From assembly GCF_009914755.1 (NCBI RefSeq), contig NC_060934.1: a DNA stretch of 64,000 nt; one strand, written 5' to 3'. The translations under genes were made by a program, and so were the position numbers. Below the pieces are notes generated by a model. It saw only the letters and a list, made by a program, of their open reading frames with translations. It was not told the DNA's origin and did no database searches. Numbering within the stretch: the stretch's first letter is position 1; each line of letters opens with the position of its first letter. Source of the DNA: the human T2T-CHM13v2.0 reference genome, Homo sapiens. Positions 54,060 through 64,000 of this stretch are shown in pieces.

Positions 54060-54410
54060 TCTGTTTTAGCTTTCTAGAACTGCTGTAACAAAGCACTACA
54101 AACTGAGTGGCTTAAACAACAGAAATATATAGTCTTGCAGTCATGAAGACTAGATGTCCAGACTTGAGGTTTTGACTGTGTTGGTTCCTTCTGAGACTGT
54201 GAGGAAACAATCTGTTCCAAGGCTCTCTTCTTGGCTTATAGAGGGCCATATTCTCCCTGTGTTCCTCTGCATCATTTTTCTTTCTGCATATCTGTCTCTG
54301 TGTCAAAATGTTTCCTTTATATAAGGACACCATCCTTATGCAAGGATGTTGGATTATGGCTCATCCTAATCCCCTCATCTTGACTTAAGCAATTATGTCT
54401 TCAAAGATGT
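54060..54410 (-). mobile_element. MLT1-type LTR, antisense
   Basis: GCTGTAACAAAGCACTACAAACTGAGTGGCTTAAACAACAGAAAT...TATAAGGACACC motifs of the MLT1 reverse complement. Confidence 0.75.
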
Positions 54411-55194
54411 TAAGAGAGAGAGATAGAGATCAAGAGTGATCTTTACTTATATAGAGATCTCTCTGTATATAGAGAGATCTATATAGATCTATATATATGT
54501 ATATATTTTTATACCACCTGTGTTGAATCTAAAAAGCTGACAATAAACATCAAAACTTAAAAGGAGTGATAACTATCTAAACCTTGATATAATCAGGATT
54601 CAGTGTTACACAACTGGCCTGCCTTTTAACTGAGCCCGTTGCACATGGACACACATGGATATTTATAGCCCTAGGGTGTTGATGGTTTATTTTTAGTTGT
54701 CTACCTCCCCCTCATCAGCACAAAGAAACAATAACACATTTATGACAGTTCAAATACATGGAGAGGGATAATGGAATCTGCACACGTAAGTGAAATTGTT
54801 AGTACACTTTAAATTGTTGTTGTTAAAATTTTGTGTGTAGTGCAGTTGAGTTTTTAAATTTTTTTAATTACCAAAATTTCATGACTGTAGGACAGAGAAC
54901 ATAGTACAATGGAAACTCCCGTATACCTATCCCTGGACAACAGTTACCAAGATTTTGCCATACTTACTATCTCTATTTTTAAAAATCCTCCTGAAATATT
55001 TTAAACCAAATTCTAGTTATAAAGCATTGAGAAGTTTTAACACATTATGGTATTAATAATATTTAAACATATATTTTAAAAATTTAAACTGGACATTTGC
55101 AGAATATCTGAAGCAACTCTGTGGAGTATAATTTATAAACCACTACCCAATAATAATCATAAAATATTCATGAGAAAGGTGTGTGAGTGCTTTA

Positions 55195-55982
<788 letters not shown>

Positions 55983-56992
55983 GCTATTCTAGTGATATTT
56001 CTGGTACTGGACTCTGATCCTGGATTAGGATTATGAAATAGGATTTGGAGGGTTATCTCTTATTTTCCTTTAAAATAATGAGATATTATGTACACCTATT
56101 TACTGAGTTTTCTCTACCACCCTTGTTTCAGGTATCTACGTCAGGAAATCACTTTAGTTTAACAAAATTACCTCATTTACAGCTTCCTAATATTTGCAGC
56201 TCTTATCCCAGTATGACCCCAGTCAAAAATGATTTTTATTTTTCACAAGTGATTTAGAGAATTCCTGGCCTGGCTTAGAGACAGTGGTTCTAAAGAAAAA
56301 ATAACTTCATTGTTTTATAATTTGTGTCTTAGTAAAATAAGGGCTATTTGTTTTAAAACCATTTCCGTATCTGGTTTTTCAAATTAGCTTTCTTGGTTCT
56401 TTTAGTTTTCAGGTCTACAGAGAGATGATTTTGAGCTGGTCACAGTAGGTTTCTTAATTTATTTTTTAATTTATTTTTGAAACAGTCTATATAAATTCTG
56501 TTCTGTGAATACTTGTGGTTTTAACATCCAAAGATTCAAATCTGTTCACTCCATAAAGTTCTGACCCTGAAGCTGTCAGGCTGTGCCTAGGAACTGTCTC
56601 AGTGCCAATATGCCTCCCTGCACTGAAGCTGTTGGTTTCTAAAAATTCGTTCAGACCAGTTTTAACCTATAGAATGTTAACATCACATAATATGCATTGC
56701 AGCATATAGACTCTTGCTCTATCATTTTTCTAAATAGCTCTTTTGGTGTACTTGTTATTCATATCACTTGGATAATGCGCATACACAATTTGGGATCAAG
56801 AATTCATTTTAGGGTGCTGTGCCAGCTGTTCTCTTTTAGGCTGTGCTGCCGTCCTTGCTGAACTTTAGAGATGCTTAATAAAAGCAAAGAGGGAAGAACT
56901 TGCTGTTTGCTTATGTGAACTCAGGTAGGAGAGAATATTTACCAATGCCAGAAAGACAATTCTTTAATGGACGGTTTTGTGTTTCATTTTAG

Positions 56993-57998
56993 AATCACAG
57001 GAAGCTGATGAGGAAAGCTGGTAGCAGAAGTGGTTGAAAAATGTTCATCTGAGACTTGTTCTAAACTGTCAGAAAATGAGGCACCACAGAAGGCCATTGA
57101 CTCTTTCTCAGTCAAGGATTTCAAAGAACCTGAATATGATTTTAGCAACATTTCCATCGTGAGGCCATTTTCAATAGAAGCGAAGGATTCCACGGGTATC
57201 CTGGCAGCCGTCAGAACAAAACCAGCTCATGGCTGTGTAACTGCAGTCTCAGGCAAGGCCTGCCTTCTAGCCCTCCAGACGCCCTCCAGGACAAGGCAAT
57301 GACAGAAGGTGACATGGGAGTCACCCTAGAGGCTTCCACAGAAGCTGATCTAAAAGTTGGAAACTCCTGTCTAGAGCCTGTGCCCAGCAGAAGAAGCAAG
57401 CTGAGAAAGCCCAAGCCTGTCCCTCTGAGGAAGAAAGCAATTGAAGGAGAGTTCTCAGATGCCGGCACTGCTGTGGAAGGCACACCTCTCCCCAAGGCAT
57501 CCTACCACTTCAGTCCTGAAGAGGTGGATGAGAACACAAGTCCTTCTTTGTTAGGAAGTGCCGGGTTCCAGAAGTCTCCTCCTGACCTTAAAGAAACTCC
57601 CAGCACTACGAAAGCCCTTCCAAGGAAACTTGGCAAGAAACCGGGTAGCAAACTGACTCACAAGATACAAAAAGATGGTATCAGTAAGTAAGCAGGTGTC
57701 GAAAAGCCTACAGACACAGTGGCATAAGATGGGCCTCTCTCCCAAGTGTCTTCCAAGCTAGATCCTAGTCAGTGGGATAAGCCCAGCTTCAACCCCTTTG
57801 GGAGCCACTCCATTCTGCAGAACTCCCCAACCCTGTCTTCTGAGGGCTTCTACCACTTTGACCCAAATAACTTTGATAAATCCATGGATCCCTTTAAACC
57901 AACTGTGACCTTAACAAGCAGTGACTTTTGTTCTCCCACTGGAAATCATGTTAAAGAAATATTAGAATCACCCAAGAAGGCAAAGTCACATTGAATAA
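56993..57998 (+). pseudogene. TACC1P1: Relic of the TACC1 large internal exon (ESQEADE...SPKKAKS)
   Basis: Acceptor tttcattttAG (56991-56992). ORFs 57030-57302, 57299-57691 and 57746-57994 read VEKCSS..ISIVRPFSIE..HGCVTAVSGKA, MTEG..SRRSKLRKPKPVPLRKKAI..KASYHFSPEE..KALPRKLG and SFNPFGSHS..MDPFKPT..ILESPKKAKS, matching TACC1 as recalled. Frameshifts near 57012 and 57260; stops TAA 57689, TAA 57725, TGA 57992. Confidence 0.93.
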
Positions 57999-58179
57999 TG
58001 AGTGACAGTGGGTGCTGGGTGTCACGCTCTGTGTCTTCTCTGTGAGTTTGTCAGATGGCTACTTTTGGCTTTGGTGAACTGAATTTACCTTTGAGGTCCA
58101 CCAAGGTTGATACAAAGCTTATAACATTATCCTATAGTCTTCCCTATTTGGCCTAACTTGTGTAGAATCAGAAATACCA

Positions 58180-58238
58180 TGTGCCATGTTGGTGTGCTGC
58201 ACCCTAAAACTTAGAGTATTAAAAAAAAAAAAAAGAAA
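58180..58238 (+). mobile_element. Ultra-short 5'-inverted L1PA insertion
   Basis: Inverted L1 3'UTR piece (CATGTGCCATGTTGGTGTGCTGCACCC) joined to the sense L1 terminus CCCTAAAACTTAGAGTAT plus poly(A); TSD AGAAATACCA at 58170-58179 and 58239-58248. Confidence 0.88.
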
Positions 58239-58903
58239 AGAAATACCAGACGTTTCCTTTTCAGATTGTTGTCTTGTTTCTGAATCCTCAGCTTAATGAG
58301 GTAAGCTCCTTTCCCTGGGCCTGGAGACGTCTTTATGTTTAAAAAAAATAAAGAGTGGCATAAGATAGGTAGGTAGAGATTCGACGGTTTTCAGAAATCC
58401 TGGCGAGGCTGTCAGGAGTCACATTATAGACAGAATTCAAATGTCAGTGCTGGCCACTGTCTTCAGATTCTTTATGGAAAAAACAGAAATTCCAGTCCTA
58501 TAAATTACCTATGTAGTATCAATAACGTGTAGAAAATGGCTCAAAAGGGTCTTGTAGAAAGTCTTTTTACATAAACAGAAAACTGTGATCTTTTGTTGGA
58601 AACAAATCTACCACTAAAATTTGGTGAGCATTCTTGTTTCCATATGTAGTTTCTAACTCATCAGCAAGGAGGTAAATTTCCAATTAGAATCAAGAATATT
58701 TTAAATGATCAGATAAAACTGAGTAAATTAGTTGGTTTAATCAGTCCCCCCATCTCTCATCTCTCCTGGGAAATCATCTGACTTTTGCAAGGTCCTTGGA
58801 GTTTTCAGCGTAATCACTTAAGGTCACATTCTATATCAAGTTTCAGTTTAACTTTGCTACAGGATTAGTTTATCACAAAACTTTAGTTGAGTACATTATA
58901 ATA

Positions 58904-60081
<1,178 letters not shown>

Positions 60082-61167
60082 TACTTCCTTTTGCGGCCCT
60101 GTGACATTTTGCTAAAACGTTTCAGTAAAATGTAGATATAAAGAAGGACCAAGGAGTTGCAGCATGAAGTATGGAAAAGGAGTGCAAGAAGCACTGTGTT
60201 TGTAGTTGTCACTATAGATCAGTTGGGGAAATGCTTCTCAGTGTTGCTATGACTTAAAGAAAAACTCCAGATGCCATGGTGAGTTACAGCAGAAAGGAAG
60301 ACACCCAGAAGTTTAAAGAGCAGAAGGATGGACTAAAGTACCAAGAAAATAGAGCGATGTAGGAGTCAGTTCTTCAGCAGCCCCAGAACGTCTAAGGGGA
60401 GTGAAATGTCATTAGTAACTCTGGATCTGTTCTTTGATTATATATCAGCAGTTAAATGGTTGTTGAAAAATATTATTGACTTGGTGCCCTCTTTTGTGGC
60501 TTTTAAGGTTATTTAGTTCTCTCTAGACAGTAGTTGGGGTATGTACTGGGCACATCACTGCCTAGTTACTTCCTCCTCTAAATGTGAGATGTTTCAGCCT
60601 ACTGAAGTCGATAAGGAGTCGTTTGTGAGCCTTTCAGTTGCATGCAAGCAGTGCATTCATGTCAAATAAGATGAAATCTGGGCCAAAGAGAGGGTAATTC
60701 ATTCTACACTTTATAATCAGTAGCAAGAAATACCATCTTTCGAGTCCTACCACCCTCACCTGGTAGGTAGCCTTTTTCCCCTATTCTGTTTTTGTCAAAT
60801 GAACTTCTTGATCTAATACACTTAATAGGTTTTTTTAAAGGTCCTTATGCAACCAAAAATCTTGTTTTCTTGTTCTTTATACAAGAAAGCAGTGCTAGAC
60901 CTCTTGGAAGTTTACTTTTCATCTACAAATTTGAATTTGCGGCATTTCTGAGTGTTTCTACCAGTCTCTCTTATGGTTGAGGTCTGTTAATCATTCACTC
61001 ACTAGTGATAACATTCATGAATATGACATTTTAAATTAGTATCTCACCTCATAGAAAGAATTGTGCAGCTTTTACATCTGCAAGACTGGAGTTGAATATT
61101 CCAGTCTTTACATGATTTTTTTCTCCCTCTGTGTCTTTCCTGTCTCTTAATTTTGTTGGTGCATCGG

Positions 61168-61203
61168 GATTATTAAACAAGTGAAATTTCTCTGTTTTCT
61201 GTT
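61168..61203 (+). pseudogene. TACC1P1: Relic of the 36-nt TACC1 alternative cassette exon
   Basis: G ATT ATT AAA CAA GTG AAA TTT CTC TGT TTT CTG TT|GTAAGT: exactly 36 nt, reads IIKQVKFLCFL, resembling the recalled TACC1 insert TTEQVKFLCFLL. Strong donor; the acceptor reads catcGG instead of catcAG. Confidence 0.8.
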
Positions 61204-62462
61204 GTAAGTACTCCTGCTGTTTCTGTTTGTCCCTGGGACCATTGGCAGTTTTCTCTCCCATCCTCCCTGAGCCATCTCTCCATAGCATGGTTTGCTTCTG
61301 AGTTTGATCTTTTGATGATTTTTTGTATTTCACTGGCCACTTCATGAGTTAGCTAAGCTTTGTAGGTGTCCGCACCTCAGGGAGTGGGGCTTGGCCTTTA
61401 CACCTTAGGTGTGAGAACTTGCACTCCCTAGCCTGGCAAGTGTCACGTGGTGCTTTGACAATACCAAGAGCTGGCTTGGCCTCAAGCAGTGGTTTGAGGG
61501 ACTGTTCTGCTATTTAATATTGGAAATCATTGACTTTTGGTAAGATAAAGCTACTGGCTTGGAACAGTTAATTTTACTGAGTCAGCTCAACTTGAGTTTG
61601 GTGGCAGAGGGTGGCACTCAGTAGGAAAACTAGGGAAAGAAGATCATGAAGTAATGATTATGCACATTCTGGTAACTTATGTGGTTGTCTTTTTATTTTT
61701 TCTTGCAAAAGAAAGAAGTTGCAAATTTTTTTTCTTTTTTTGGTCACGGTGTTTTTACTGAAAATTCTAAGTTTATTAAAACAGAACAGAATCTCAATTA
61801 GTCCTGTAATCACAAATTTTGTGCTAGTCTACAAATAACAGGTGGTTCAAGCTTTCCCCAGCTTCAGGCTTGGTGTAATATGTGGCATTCATCTTCCATC
61901 TTACTACTTAATAGGAATGGTAACCGTTTACTCACATATTTTTATTTTTACACTTTTTATTGACCACAGTTCTTGTCTGTGAACACACAAGTCTAACTGG
62001 AACTGTTTTATGAGACTTCTGTGGCTTTTGGTGAAATAAAGAATTTTTAAAGAAACCAGTCCAGCGTGATGATTTTTCTAATGAATGTCAAAGCCAAGCA
62101 AGGGAGGCTCAGAGGAACTGAATGTCTCCAGCTGCTAAGGCTCTACTGTCTGAAAAGCTTTTGGTGGTGTGTAATTAAAAACCATAGACATCAGAGTGCT
62201 AGTGTTTGAAAACTCACAGAAGCAAGCAAGGGGGTCTTTTCAGAGAATGAGCCCCGCTCTAGGTCTTTGCTTACCTCTTCTCTCCAGAGAAAACTCAGAG
62301 GCATAAAAGGTGTCCCTGCCTCTCTCACAGGTAGATGTATGGTGTGTGTGGTGCTGTACGCTTTGGCTTCTATCTGCACACACTGCTCTCTGTCCCATTT
62401 CATACCTTGACAGTTGTCAGTGTGGTTCCAAATTAGCTTTTTTATGTTTCTTCTCTTGCCAG

Positions 62463-62522
62463 GAGTGGCTTTAAGGTGAAGAAGCATGAAACTCAGTCTC
62501 TTGCCTGGGTGCATGTTCTCAG
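62463..62522 (+). pseudogene. TACC1P1: Relic of the short TACC1 exon (SGCKVKKHETQSLALDACSR)
   Basis: ttctcttgccAG|G AGT GGC TTT AAG GTG AAG AAG CAT GAA ACT CAG TCT CTT GCC...TTCTCAG|GTGAGT; reads SGFKVKKHETQSLA, then a 1-nt deletion shifts the frame. Confidence 0.9.
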
Positions 62523-64000
62523 GTGAGTCTGTGCTCATCCCCAGAATGTCTCTTAGACCAGGGGTCCCCCAGCGGGAGTGGATCATAAGGACTTTCCAAT
62601 GAGTGCCTGAGAAACCAATTTCCAGATCCTCACTGTCCCTGAAGAAAAGGCGCCTGAAGAAAAGGGAACCCTTTCACAATGACTCTCTCTCTCTCTTTGT
62701 CTCCATTTTTTTTTTTTTGTAAAACTCTCACTAAAAGCTACAAAGATGCATCACCACAGGGTGTGAAAGTCTCCAGGGCACCAAAGGGAAGATCTGAAAT
62801 ATTGGTATAGGTTCTAAGAAGATAATTGACTCTAATAACTGAAAGATATTTTTCTTAAGTCAGATGGTTTCCCAATTCATTGGTTTCGACAAAATAAGAA
62901 GACCTGAGTTGTTAGCTGATAGATCTAAAAATAATCTTTGATGATAGAATTTTTGGGCACATGACTTGGAAAGGGGTTCAAAGAATTGAAAGTCCTTCTG
63001 TTACAGAACTACCTTCTGTTTCATCTATCGTTTATATAAATAAGGTTTCTTAATAATTATAATTATAAAAATAGAAATCATGAATAAAATTGACATTGAC
63101 CTCTGTTACATTCTAGCAATAAACAGTATGCATCCATGACCATATGAACTAATTGCAAAACACACATAAACCAAAACCCAAGCCCATCTGATTGCAACGA
63201 GATCCTTTTGTTCTTTTTAAAACTTTATGTCAGTATGCTTATGATTTTAGAAATACATTCATATTGGCTAATAGAATTCAATTTTAACATAACTTATTCT
63301 GTACAATTTGGACCAGAAATTTGGTATATGGTGTAAGATGTAAAAAAAGGGGTGCAGTGGGGGGAAATTTGCAATCTGAGTTATTTTTCATCTGTTACAA
63401 ATGTGTAAAAGATTCTCCCTCAAATTTTGCTAATGTAGGCAACAAGAACTATGAGAAATTTATCTTTTGTTTTCTTTAAAGAAAAACCCAAACCCACATA
63501 TTTTTGTACTGTAAAAGTTTTTAAGAATTAGTGCAATAAAACATTTTGTAGATGATATAAAAATTTACTTTTGTGTCTAATACTTATCAAAACTTGCAAT
63601 ATTTTGAAAATAAGTTGTGCATTAGTAAATGTAACAATAACTCATCAGCAGAAAAAAAAATTTAACACCTCAAGACTTATAGTCAAAGAAAAAAATGTAA
63701 CAGAGGCATTGGATAGAGACCTTTAAAAGACTTTCAGTCATGCAGATGTTTTTCATTGGGATAATTTCTTGATGGAAGTGGAATGAATAACGTAATGGAA
63801 AATGAATAACGTAAATTTCTGACTTATTCAGGAACTTGTTTGTGTAAATTTAAAATGGATCATATGGTATCATATCACAAAGGTAACTAGATAGCATTAA
63901 GCAAATTCAATATTTAGAATAAGGCAGATATTACATTCTTTGCAATTATTTAAACTTATGCTGAAAAGTGTTTAGATGTCATTTGAAAATGAAATGGGGT

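Noticed and set aside
57299-57691. 130-aa TACC1-like ORF as a functional CDS
   Set aside because: It is an internal exon fragment bounded by a frameshift and a nonsense codon, with no promoter or first exon seen.
58205-58220. ACTTAGAGTAT as evidence that the mini-L1 is human-specific L1HS
   Set aside because: The inverted part has the older CACACCAACATGG pattern; one base is not enough to assign the subfamily.

Overview
Primate (very probably human) genomic DNA with no intact protein-coding gene; nearly all ORFs in the track are Alu, L1 or MaLR artefacts. The window falls into three blocks. (1) About 1-29.3 kb is very Alu-dense (about 43 Alu copies/fragments by my count). It holds a solo HERV-K(HML-2) LTR5, a MIR>MER47>4xAlu nest and several local tandem duplications. 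(2) About 29.3-55 kb is AT-rich and Alu-poorer (about 11 copies). It begins abruptly where a tail-less Alu is fused to a 5'-truncated MaLR element, and contains a full-length THE1 element, LTR47, MLT1, L2 and L1 relics. (3) About 55-64 kb is an intron-containing (unprocessed) TACC1 pseudogene segment on the + strand, plausibly TACC1P1. It carries the large exon (frameshifts, stops, an in-frame deletion of about 108 bp, lost donor), a relic of the 36-nt cassette exon with a dead acceptor, and the following 60-nt exon with intact splice sites but a 1-nt deletion. I found no evidence for a novel biological system. The most notable items are structural: the pseudogene exon architecture, a likely rearrangement breakpoint at about 29,331, a 59-bp twin-primed inverted L1 insertion and a TSD-bounded composite Alu. 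Repeat names and TACC1 comparisons rely on my recall of consensus/protein sequences; repeat boundaries are approximate.
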